64,000 nt of DNA, taken from Acidobacteriota bacterium (GTDB taxonomy: Bacteria; Acidobacteriota; Thermoanaerobaculia; Gp7-AA8). This document shows, one piece after another, positions 1 to 8,454 of the stretch. The position numbers and the translations under genes were made by a program. Below the pieces are notes generated by a model. That model was not told the DNA's origin. It saw only the letters and a list, made by a program, of their open reading frames with translations, and searched no databases. The stretch is taken from positions 224,001-288,000 of the forward strand of contig JAFATB010000014.1 of NCBI GenBank assembly GCA_019244185.1, in the 5' to 3' direction. Positions within the stretch are counted from its first letter, which is position 1, and each line of letters starts with the position of its first letter.

Positions 1-2
1 AC

Positions 3-689
3 ACGAACGACGGCCACTCGAAGTATCAGGCGCTCGTGCTCTCGCTCAACGGCAACATCCGCCAGAACGATCTCCTCACGGCATCCGTGACGTTCGGGAA
101 CAAGAAGAACGTCAGCGACGACTTCAGCCCCGACTTCCCGACCGGCTATCCGAACGATCCGGCAAACATCGAGGCCGAATACGGCCGCGCGCGCGGCGAC
201 GAGCGCTATCGCGTCGTGCTGTCGGGCGTGTTCCATCTGCCGCTCGGCTTCCTCGCCGCGCCGATCTTCGAATACGGTTCGGGCCAGCCGTGGACGCACC
301 GCCTCGGCTACGACTACAACGCCGACGGCAAGAACTCCGACCGCGAGATCGATCCGCTGCATCCGGAGCTCGGCTCGTACGAGCGCAACGCCGAAGACGG
401 CCCGAGCTTCAAACAGCTCTCGCTGCGCTTGACGAAGGCGTTCGCCGTCGCGGGCAGCCAGCTCGAGCTCATCGCCGAGGCGTTCAACCTGACGAATGAG
501 ACGAACTTTGATGTGCAGTCGGTGTCGGGCGGCCAGTATCTCAGCGGTCCGACGGCGGCGCAGGTCGCGGCGCACAACGCGAATCCCGCGGTGGCGCTGC
601 CGGCGCTGGTCCCGAATCCGACCTTCGGCCGTTACAACTCCACGCTGCCCGCGCGCGAGTTCCAGCTCGGCGTGCGCTTCGTGTTCTAA
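3..689 (+). CDS. TonB-dependent receptor (Oar-like), C-terminal part; starts before the window
   Basis: Open frame from the window edge; 'LELIAEAFNLTN' and terminal 'REFQLGVRFVF' beta-barrel signature ending in Phe. Confidence 0.8.
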   Translation, partial: TNDGHSKYQALVLSLNGNIRQNDLLTASVTFGNKKNVSDDFSPDFPTGYPNDPANIEAEYGRARGDERYRVVLSGVFHLPLGFLAAPIFEYGSGQPWTHRLGYDYNADGKNSDREIDPLHPELGSYERNAEDGPSFKQLSLRLTKAFAVAGSQLELIAEAFNLTNETNFDVQSVSGGQYLSGPTAAQVAAHNANPAVALPALVPNPTFGRYNSTLPAREFQLGVRFVF

Positions 690-695
690 GAACGA

Positions 696-1421
696 ATGGA
701 CCTCAACCTCCAGGACAAAGTCATCATCGTCACCGGTGGCGCGGCCGGAATCGGCCGCGCCACCGTGGCCGCGTTCGAGCGTGAGGGCGCGCGCGTGGTG
801 TCGTGGGACGTCACGAGCGAGCCGCGCATCGACGTCACCAGTCGCGAGTCGGTGGAAGCGGCGACGAACGCGGTGCTGCAGCAACAAGGCCGCATCGACG
901 TGCTCGTCAACAACGCCGGCATCGTCCGCGACTCGCAGCTCATCAAGTGGAAGGACGGCGAAGTCGTGGCCACGATGGACGATGCCACGTTCGACGCCGT
1001 GATCAACGTCAACCTGCGCGGCGTCTTCGTCTGCACGCGCGCCGTCGTGCCGCACATGATCGCGCGCGGCGGCGGCGTGGTGCTCAACGCGTCGTCGATC
1101 GTCGGCCTCTACGGAAACTTCGGCCAGACCAACTATGCCGCCACGAAGGCGGGCGTGATCAGCTTCACGCAGACGTGGGCGCGCGAGCTGGGGCGCTACA
1201 ACATCCGCGTCAACGCCGTCGCGCCGGGATTCATCAGCACCGAGATGGTCAAGGCGATGCCGGAGAAGGTGCTCGGCGTGATGGCGGCCAGGACGCCGCT
1301 CGGCAAGCTCGGCGAGCCCGACGACATCGCCAACGCCTACGTCTGGCTCGCGTCGGACGCCGCGAAGTTCGTGCACGGCACCGTGCTCTCCGTCGACGGC
1401 GGTCTGGTGATGGGAACCTGA
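696..1421 (+). CDS. fabG: SDR, 3-oxoacyl-ACP/CoA reductase (FabG/PhaB-like)
   Basis: TGGAAGIG, NNAG, YAATK (YxxxK), NAVAPG motifs. Confidence 0.85.
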   Translation: MDLNLQDKVIIVTGGAAGIGRATVAAFEREGARVVSWDVTSEPRIDVTSRESVEAATNAVLQQQGRIDVLVNNAGIVRDSQLIKWKDGEVVATMDDATFDAVINVNLRGVFVCTRAVVPHMIARGGGVVLNASSIVGLYGNFGQTNYAATKAGVISFTQTWARELGRYNIRVNAVAPGFISTEMVKAMPEKVLGVMAARTPLGKLGEPDDIANAYVWLASDAAKFVHGTVLSVDGGLVMGT

Positions 1422-2440
1422 TGGCCTACGCAAACATCGTTTCGACCGGCGCGTACGTGCCGGAGATCGAGATGACGAACGCGCGGCTGCGCGAGCGATT
1501 CGCCGCGACGGCGCCGGAGTTCGTCGACAAGATGGAAGCGGCCAGCGGCATCCGCACGCGCTGGTACGCGCCCGACGAATGGTCGGCGTCGGACCTCGCG
1601 CTGCGCGCGACGCAGGAAGCGCTCGCGCGCGCGAACAAGTCGCCCGAAGACCTCGACCTCATCATTCTCGGGACGGACTCGCCCGACTACATCACGCCGG
1701 CGACGTCGGTCGTGCTGCAGGGAAAGCTCGGCGCGAAGAACGCCGGCACGTTCGACGTCGGCTGCGCGTGCGCGTCGTTTCCGACCGCGCTCGCGAACGC
1801 GGCCGGCCTCATGGCCACGAACCGCGCGCTGAAGAACGTGCTCGTCGTCTCCGTCTATCAGATGCACAAGCTCGCGAACGCGAGCGATCCGATGATCTTC
1901 TTCTACGGCGACGGGGCGGGCGCGGCGGTGCTCGAGCGCGGCGACGCGCCCGGCTTCGTCGCCGCGGCGTTCGCCGCAGACGGCACGTACGCGAATCGCT
2001 GGCTCATTCAGGCCGGCGGCACGGTCGAGCCGGCGAGCGAGGCGGCCGCGCGCGAAGGACGCACGCTCGTGCGCATGCTCGAACGCTATCCGCCCGAGAT
2101 CAACAACGACGGCTGGCCGAAGCTCGTGCGCCGCGTCGCGGAGAACGGCGGCTTCGCCGTCGGCGACATCGACTTCGTCATCTTCACGCAGGTCCGCAAG
2201 CCGACCATCGAGCTCGTGATGGCGAACCTCGAATTGCCGATGAGCAAGACGCACACGGTGATGGAGAAGTGGGGCTACACCGGCTCCGCTTGCATTCCGA
2301 TGGCGCTCGACGACGCGCTGCGCGAGAAGAAGATCAAGCCGGGCGATCTCGTCGTGCTGGTCGGCTCCGGCGTCGGCTACAACCAGGCCGCGGTGGCGTT
2401 GCGCATGCCCGCGGCGGAGAGCCGGCTCTTTGGAAATTAA
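1421..2440 (+). CDS. KAS III (FabH)-fold protein with altered catalytic triad
   Basis: ATG at 1421 overlaps fabG stop; GIRTR, ACASF (catalytic Cys), GDGAGA; His and Asn positions read FTQVR and GYTGS. Confidence 0.85.
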   Translation: MAYANIVSTGAYVPEIEMTNARLRERFAATAPEFVDKMEAASGIRTRWYAPDEWSASDLALRATQEALARANKSPEDLDLIILGTDSPDYITPATSVVLQGKLGAKNAGTFDVGCACASFPTALANAAGLMATNRALKNVLVVSVYQMHKLANASDPMIFFYGDGAGAAVLERGDAPGFVAAAFAADGTYANRWLIQAGGTVEPASEAAAREGRTLVRMLERYPPEINNDGWPKLVRRVAENGGFAVGDIDFVIFTQVRKPTIELVMANLELPMSKTHTVMEKWGYTGSACIPMALDDALREKKIKPGDLVVLVGSGVGYNQAAVALRMPAAESRLFGN

Positions 2441-3215
2441 ATCGTCCGCCGACTTCGTGCGCATGACGCGCACGCTCCTCGCCACGAGCGGTTTCACGCG
2501 GCACGAGCGCGACGGCTTCGTCTGGTGGACGGGCGGCGCGGAAGACGCGCCGCCGCTCGTGCTCGTTCACGGCGTCAACGATCAGGCGGGGACGTGGTTC
2601 CCGATCGCGGGCACGCTGGCGAAGCGATTCCGCGTGATCGTGCCCGATCTTCCGGGACACGGCGAAAGCGGACCGAAAGAAGGACCGCTGCCGCTCTCGC
2701 TGATGATCGATCGCCTCCACGAGATCATCCCCGAGCACGCCACGCTCCTCGGCAACTCGATGGGCGGGTGGCTGGCGATGTTCTACGCGATCGTGCATCC
2801 GGAGCGCGTCGATCGGCTCGTGCTCGAATCGCCGGGCGGTCTCTCGCGTCCGCTGAGCGCGCCGCTCTTCACGCACGATCGCGACGAGGCGCTCGCGATC
2901 CTGCGCGCCGTGCACGGACCGTCGTACGTCGCGCAGCCGTGGGTCGTCGACGCGCTGCTCGAACGCGCGAAAGACGCGCCGATGCTGCGCCTCACGGAGC
3001 TCACCGAGCATCTGCTCGACGAGCGCCTGCACGAGATCCACGTGCCGACGTCGATCCTCTGGGGCGCCGACGACGGCGTCGTGCCGCGCGACTACACGGA
3101 AGCGGTGCACGCGGGGATCGCCGGCTCGACGCTGCACATCATCGAAGGCGCCGCGCACATCCCGCATCTGCAGCAACCGGAGCGAGTCCTCGCATGTTTG
3201 ACCTCGATCTTCTGA
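2430..3215 (+). CDS. alpha/beta-fold hydrolase
   Basis: LVHG, DLPGHG, GNSMGG nucleophile elbow, WGADD, AAHIP; start could be ATG 2463. Confidence 0.85.
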   Translation: MEIKSSADFVRMTRTLLATSGFTRHERDGFVWWTGGAEDAPPLVLVHGVNDQAGTWFPIAGTLAKRFRVIVPDLPGHGESGPKEGPLPLSLMIDRLHEIIPEHATLLGNSMGGWLAMFYAIVHPERVDRLVLESPGGLSRPLSAPLFTHDRDEALAILRAVHGPSYVAQPWVVDALLERAKDAPMLRLTELTEHLLDERLHEIHVPTSILWGADDGVVPRDYTEAVHAGIAGSTLHIIEGAAHIPHLQQPERVLACLTSIF

Positions 3216-4639
3216 GCGAACGCGCGCGCGTGACGCCCGACCGCGTCGCGCTCGTCTCCGTCGCCACGCGTTCCGGCACCACGAGCGTACGCCTCACGTA
3301 CGCGGAGCTGAACGCGCGCGCCGAACGCGCCGCCGGCACGCTGCGCGCGATCGGTCTCGAGGCCGGCGATCGCTTCGGCCTCCTCGCGCACAACTCCGTC
3401 GAGTTCCTCGACTACTTTTTCGCCGCGGGCAAAGCAGGCGCGATCGTCGTGCCGCTCTCGACGCGCGCCACCGCGCACGAGCTCGCGCACATCGTGGCCG
3501 ACTGCGGCATGAAGGCGCTCGTGCACGGCCCCGAATTCGACGACGTCACCGCGCAACTCGACGTGCCGCGCCATTCGCTGCACGCACCGCACGAAGCCTC
3601 GTTCGCCGGCGAAGCGCGCGATCCCGAAGACGTCTACTGCCTGCTCTACACGAGCGGCACGACCGGGAAGCCGAAGGGCGTGATGATCCCGCGCCGCCAG
3701 CTCTACTGGAACGCGTACAACACCGCCATCAACTGGGGTCTGCGCGACGACGACGTCAGCTCCATCTTCACGCCGCTCTATCACGCGGGCGGCATCGCCG
3801 CGTTCCTGCTGCCGATCTTCGCCGTCGGTGGCGCGATCGTGCTGCATCGCGGCTTCGACGCGACGGAAGTCTGGCGCACAATCGAACAGGAGCGCTGCAC
3901 CGTCGTCCTCGGCGTGCCGACCATCTGGAAGATGCTCATGGACGCGCCGGAGTTCGCGAGCGTCGATCTCTCGCACGTCCGCTGGCTGATCTCCGGAGGT
4001 GCACCTCTCCCGCACTTCATCATTAAGGCCTACCAGCAGCGCGGAGTGGTGTTCAAGCAGGGATATGGCATGACGGAAGTCGGCGTGAACTGCTTCACCA
4101 TGACCGTCGAAGACTCGTACCGCAAGCCCGGCTCGATCGGACGGCCGATGCTCTTCACGGAAGTGCGGCTGGAGAACATGGACGGTGAAGTGGGCGAGAT
4201 GTCGATCCGCGGGCCGCACGTCTCGCGCGGCTACTGGAACAACGAGGAAGCGACGCGCGCGGCGTACGGCGAGGACGGCTTCTTCCGCACCGGCGATCTC
4301 GCGCGGCGCGACGAGGACGGCTTCTTCTACATCGCCGGGCGACGCAAGGAGATGTTCATCAGCGGCGGCGTCAACGTCTATCCGGCCGAGATCGAGGCCG
4401 AGCTCGTGTCGCATCCCGGCGTCGCGGATGCGGCGGTCGTCGCGGTGCCGGACGACACGTGGGGTGAAGTTGCGGTGGCGTTCGTCGTATCCTCTGCGAG
4501 CGAGGCCGAGCTGACGTCGTATCTCACGCTTCGGATCGCGAAGTACAAGGTGCCGAAGCGGTTCGTGTTCGTCGAGGCATTGCCGCGCACGCCGTATGGA
4601 AAAGTCGTGAAGGAGACGCTGCGCAAGACGCTCGCATGA
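3194..4639 (+). CDS. acyl-CoA synthetase (AMP-binding enzyme)
   Basis: YTSGTTGKPKG, GYGMTE, RTGD, PRTPYGK; ATG 3194 overlaps upstream gene. Confidence 0.9.
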   Translation: MFDLDLLSERARVTPDRVALVSVATRSGTTSVRLTYAELNARAERAAGTLRAIGLEAGDRFGLLAHNSVEFLDYFFAAGKAGAIVVPLSTRATAHELAHIVADCGMKALVHGPEFDDVTAQLDVPRHSLHAPHEASFAGEARDPEDVYCLLYTSGTTGKPKGVMIPRRQLYWNAYNTAINWGLRDDDVSSIFTPLYHAGGIAAFLLPIFAVGGAIVLHRGFDATEVWRTIEQERCTVVLGVPTIWKMLMDAPEFASVDLSHVRWLISGGAPLPHFIIKAYQQRGVVFKQGYGMTEVGVNCFTMTVEDSYRKPGSIGRPMLFTEVRLENMDGEVGEMSIRGPHVSRGYWNNEEATRAAYGEDGFFRTGDLARRDEDGFFYIAGRRKEMFISGGVNVYPAEIEAELVSHPGVADAAVVAVPDDTWGEVAVAFVVSSASEAELTSYLTLRIAKYKVPKRFVFVEALPRTPYGKVVKETLRKTLA

Positions 4640-5292
4640 CCACGATCTCGATCGGCGAACCGACGGTTCGCATGACGCAGGAAGAACGCTCGGAGAAAAG
4701 CCGCCAACAGATCCTCGACGCCGCCCTCAAGCTGTTCTCGCACAAGGGCTACGGCGCGACGAGCGTCCGCGACATCGCCGAGGAGGCGGGGCTGTCGAAA
4801 GGAAACGTGTATCACCACTTTCCCGACAAGGAGACCATCTTCCGCGGATTGCTCGACCGCTACTTCCAGGCGATGTCGCAGCCGGACTTTCCGTTCAACC
4901 GCGCGCTCGCGGAAGGCTCGTTCCCGGAGAACCTCGAGGGGATCGGCAATGCGGTGCGGGAGATCGTCCGCGACTATCGCGAGTACGTCGCGCTGATCTA
5001 CGTCGACGTCGTGGAGTTCGACGGCACGCACGTCCGCAAGTTCTACGGCGACATGGCCGAGCGCTTCAACTCCTTCATGAAAGCGCACGGGATGGAGAAG
5101 GAGCTCGAGGGGAAGCTCGCGGCGGGACTCTCGCCCGTTTCCGCCGTCATGCTGGCCACGCGCATCTTCTATAACTACTTCACGGTGGAGATCCTCTTCG
5201 GCGTCAAGGACCACTTCGGCAAGGACACCGACGCCGCCGTCCGCGAGATCTCGCGCATCCTGCGCCACGGGATGCTCAAGCCGAACGCGTAA
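4636..5292 (+). CDS. TetR/AcrR family regulator
   Basis: ILDAALKLFSHKGYGATSVRDIAEEAGLSKGNVYHHF HTH; ATGA overlap. Confidence 0.9.
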   Translation: MTTISIGEPTVRMTQEERSEKSRQQILDAALKLFSHKGYGATSVRDIAEEAGLSKGNVYHHFPDKETIFRGLLDRYFQAMSQPDFPFNRALAEGSFPENLEGIGNAVREIVRDYREYVALIYVDVVEFDGTHVRKFYGDMAERFNSFMKAHGMEKELEGKLAAGLSPVSAVMLATRIFYNYFTVEILFGVKDHFGKDTDAAVREISRILRHGMLKPNA

Positions 5293-5373
5293 CAATCCGG
5301 TAGCGTCCGCTCCCAACCGCCGTGGAATCTTCGCGGATCGGCTTACGATTCTCGTCCACGGAGAAAACTCGCT

Positions 5374-7425
5374 ATGCGCGCCCTCATCCAACGGCTGTTC
5401 GCGCTGTTCCTCATCGTCCCCGCGACCTTGTTCGCGCAACAACAGCAGCAACCGTTTCAGGAGAAGGTCACCGTCACCTACGTCGAGATCCCGGTGACGG
5501 TGGTGCGCAACAACGAGCCGGTGCGCGGGCTGACGAAAGAGAACTTCGTCGTCACCGATGACGGCGTGCGGCGCGACATCGAGTCGTTCGACGCCGTCGA
5601 CTTCGCCGCGGCCACCGAGCCGGAGAAACGCATCTCCCCGCTGAATCCCGCGTCGCGCCGCAACTTTCTCCTGCTCTTCGACCTCTCGTACTCGACGCCG
5701 AACAAGGTCTCGCGTGCGCAGCAGGCCGCGCGGAACTTCATCGCCCGCAGCGTGACCGAGCGCGACCTCGTCGCCATCGGCACCGTCGACGTCGACCACG
5801 GCTTCCGCTTCGTCACCACGTTCACGACCGACCGCGAGCTGCTCACCGCGGCGATTGCCAATCCGCGCCACTACCGCGCGCTCGATCCGCTGCAGATCGC
5901 GAGCACGGACAATCCGCTGGTGACCGAGTCGCAGCCGCAGACCTTCGGCGCGGAAGGAGTCGCGACGCAGGCCGATGCGGGCACCGACGCGATGGCGGAG
6001 TTCGTCCGCGGCCAGACGAAGATGGATGAAGCGTACCGACGCCTGCGTCTCACCAAGCAGGTGGAGATGCTCGGCGTGGTCGCGCACTCGCTGCAGAAGC
6101 TCGCCGGCCGCAAGCACGTCGTGCTGTTGTCGGAAGGCTTCGACGCGCGGCTCGTCCAGGGCCGCGGCCTCGGCGAGACGGGCGTGGAGGCGGCGGAGAA
6201 CGACGCCATCCAGAACGGCGAGCTGTGGAAGGTCGACAGCGACCAGCGCTACGGCAACGCTCGCGCGCAGCAGGCCATCGTGAAAATGGCCGAGGAGTTT
6301 CGCCGCGCCGACGCGGTGCTGCATACCGTCGACATCCAGGGCGTGCGCGTGAAGAACGACGTCCGCTCCGGCGCGACCAACAACAACAACGAGGGCCTCT
6401 ATCTCCTCGCCAACTCCACCGGCGGCTCGGTGTTCCGCAACTCGAACGACATCGGCGCCGACTTCGATCACCTCACGCACCAGCAGGAAGTGGTCTACGT
6501 CCTCGGCTTCCAGGCGCCGGTCGACAAGCCGGGCACCTTCCACAAGCTGAGCGTGAAGCTCACCGGCGTGCCGAGCGCGCGCGTGCAGCACCGCGGTGGC
6601 TACTACGACGCCGGCGCGGAGTCGACCATCGAACGCTCGCTCTCCACCGCCGAGATCATCCTCAACGATATCCCGCAGGACGACATCGACGTCGCCGCGC
6701 TCGCGACCTCGTTCCCCACCGGCGGCACGAAGTCGCAGGTGCCGGTGATCCTCGAGATCTCCGGCAACGATCTCGTGAAGCACGCGAAAAACGACCTCGC
6801 CACGACGGAAGTCTTCGTCTACGCGTTCGACAGCGACGGCGTCGTGCGCGACCGCATCTACGAGCGCATGAAGCTCGACGTGAGCAAGGTCGGCGACCGC
6901 CTGAAGGCGAGCGGCGTGAAGTTCTACGGCACGCTGTCGCTGCCGCCGGGCAAGTACGCGATCAAGTCGCTCGTGCACGTCGGCGAGACCGATGCGAAGG
7001 GCTACAAGCGCGTCAACCTCGACGTCGCGAAAGACGGCGACGTCGCCGTCGTGCAGCCGCTCTTCTTCCAGCAGGCGGCCGGCGCCGACTGGATCATGGT
7101 CAAGGCCGACTCGAAGAAGCCGCAGCCGTATCCGTTCGTCCTCGGCGGCGAATCGTTCGTACCCGACGCGCGCGCCACGCTGCGCGCCGGCGAGCCTCGC
7201 CTCTTCGCGCTTTACGTCTACAACGCCGAGCCGGACGAGCTGACGTGGGACATCGCGCCGACGGCGAAGCTCGTCTCGCAGAACCGTCCCGCGGGCGGCG
7301 ACGTCACGCAGTACGTCTTCGCACTCGAGAACGTGCCGCACGACGCGCGCGAGCTCGGCGTGACCATCCACAAGAAGGGCTCGTCGGACGAACGACACGT
7401 GACGGTGCCGATCGTGGTGCGGTGA
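5374..7425 (+). CDS. secreted VWA-domain protein (Acidobacteria type)
   Basis: Signal peptide; 'VEIPVTVVRNNEPVRGLTKENF', LLFDLSYS MIDAS-like, GRKHVVLLSEGF, TGG, YVLGF, RGGYY. Confidence 0.8.
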   Translation: MRALIQRLFALFLIVPATLFAQQQQQPFQEKVTVTYVEIPVTVVRNNEPVRGLTKENFVVTDDGVRRDIESFDAVDFAAATEPEKRISPLNPASRRNFLLLFDLSYSTPNKVSRAQQAARNFIARSVTERDLVAIGTVDVDHGFRFVTTFTTDRELLTAAIANPRHYRALDPLQIASTDNPLVTESQPQTFGAEGVATQADAGTDAMAEFVRGQTKMDEAYRRLRLTKQVEMLGVVAHSLQKLAGRKHVVLLSEGFDARLVQGRGLGETGVEAAENDAIQNGELWKVDSDQRYGNARAQQAIVKMAEEFRRADAVLHTVDIQGVRVKNDVRSGATNNNNEGLYLLANSTGGSVFRNSNDIGADFDHLTHQQEVVYVLGFQAPVDKPGTFHKLSVKLTGVPSARVQHRGGYYDAGAESTIERSLSTAEIILNDIPQDDIDVAALATSFPTGGTKSQVPVILEISGNDLVKHAKNDLATTEVFVYAFDSDGVVRDRIYERMKLDVSKVGDRLKASGVKFYGTLSLPPGKYAIKSLVHVGETDAKGYKRVNLDVAKDGDVAVVQPLFFQQAAGADWIMVKADSKKPQPYPFVLGGESFVPDARATLRAGEPRLFALYVYNAEPDELTWDIAPTAKLVSQNRPAGGDVTQYVFALENVPHDARELGVTIHKKGSSDERHVTVPIVVR

Positions 7426-7482
7426 AGCACGTCCGCTAAACACGTTCGCTGAAGGCGCGCGAAGTTGTAGGATTCGCGCGCC

Positions 7483-8454
7483 ATGGGCGCAATCACTGAT
7501 TTCATCGACCACCACTACCGCCACTTCAACGCCGCCGCGCTGAAGGCCGCGGCCATCGATTACAACAAGCACCTCGCGAGCGGCGGGAAGATGCTCGTCA
7601 CGCTCGCGGGCGCGATGTCCACCGCGGAGCTCGGGCTCTCGCTTGCGGAGATGATCCGCGCGGGCAAGGTCCACGCGATCAGCTGCACCGGCGCGAACCT
7701 CGAGGAAGACATCTTCAACCTCGTCGCGCACGACTGCTACGAGCGCGTGCCGCACTACCGCTATCTCTCCGCGCTCGACGAGAAGCTGCTCCTCGACCGC
7801 CACATGAACCGCGTCACCGACACGTGCATCCCCGAGGGCGAGGCGATGCGGCGCATCGAAAGCGCGGTGCTGCGGCACTGGGTCGAGAAGGACCAGCAGG
7901 GCAAGCGCCTCTTCCCGCACGAGTTCATGTACGAGATCCTGCGCGACGGCTCGATCGCGGAGTTCTACCAGATCGATCCGAAGCACTCGTGGATGATCGC
8001 CGCGGCGGAGAAGAACCTGCCGATGTTCGTCCCCGGCTGGGAGGACTCGACCCTCGGCAACATGTACTCCGGCCACTGCATCTCCGGCGACGTCAAGAAC
8101 GTCCACACCGTGCGCACGGGCATCGAGTACATGATCGAGCTCGCGGAGTACTACACCCGCACTTCCGGCGAATCGTCGATCGGCTTCTTCCAGATCGGCG
8201 GCGGCATCGCCGGCGACTTCCCGATCTGCGTCGTGCCGATGCTGCATCAGGACCTGCAGCGCACGAATGTGCCGCTGTGGGGTTACTTCTGCCAGATCAG
8301 CGACTCGACCACGAGCTACGGTTCGTACTCCGGCGCCGTGCCGAACGAGAAGATCACCTGGGGCAAACTCGGCGTCGACACGCCCAGCCACGTGATCGAA
8401 AGCGACGCGAGCATCGTTGCGCCGTTAGTATTCGCGTATGTCCTCGGCTGGTAA
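7483..8454 (+). CDS. deoxyhypusine synthase family protein
   Basis: TGANLEED, DSTLG, GGGIAGDF, GSYSGA..EKITWGK, ESDA. Confidence 0.9.
   Translation: MGAITDFIDHHYRHFNAAALKAAAIDYNKHLASGGKMLVTLAGAMSTAELGLSLAEMIRAGKVHAISCTGANLEEDIFNLVAHDCYERVPHYRYLSALDEKLLLDRHMNRVTDTCIPEGEAMRRIESAVLRHWVEKDQQGKRLFPHEFMYEILRDGSIAEFYQIDPKHSWMIAAAEKNLPMFVPGWEDSTLGNMYSGHCISGDVKNVHTVRTGIEYMIELAEYYTRTSGESSIGFFQIGGGIAGDFPICVVPMLHQDLQRTNVPLWGYFCQISDSTTSYGSYSGAVPNEKITWGKLGVDTPSHVIESDASIVAPLVFAYVLGW

Noticed and set aside
803-1420. Long N-terminal extensions in the ORF track (803, 2525, 30389, 34989, 38231, 39952, 54993, 55928 and others)
   Set aside because: Arg-rich off-frame overlap with upstream genes; starts reassigned to coupled or RBS-supported codons
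4378-8391. 1337-aa minus-strand ORF, and similar long ORFs at 21410-24277 (+), 36297-38306 (-) and 53419-55584 (-)
   Set aside because: Antisense shadows of motif-supported genes; high-GC codon bias removes stops; no recognisable motifs
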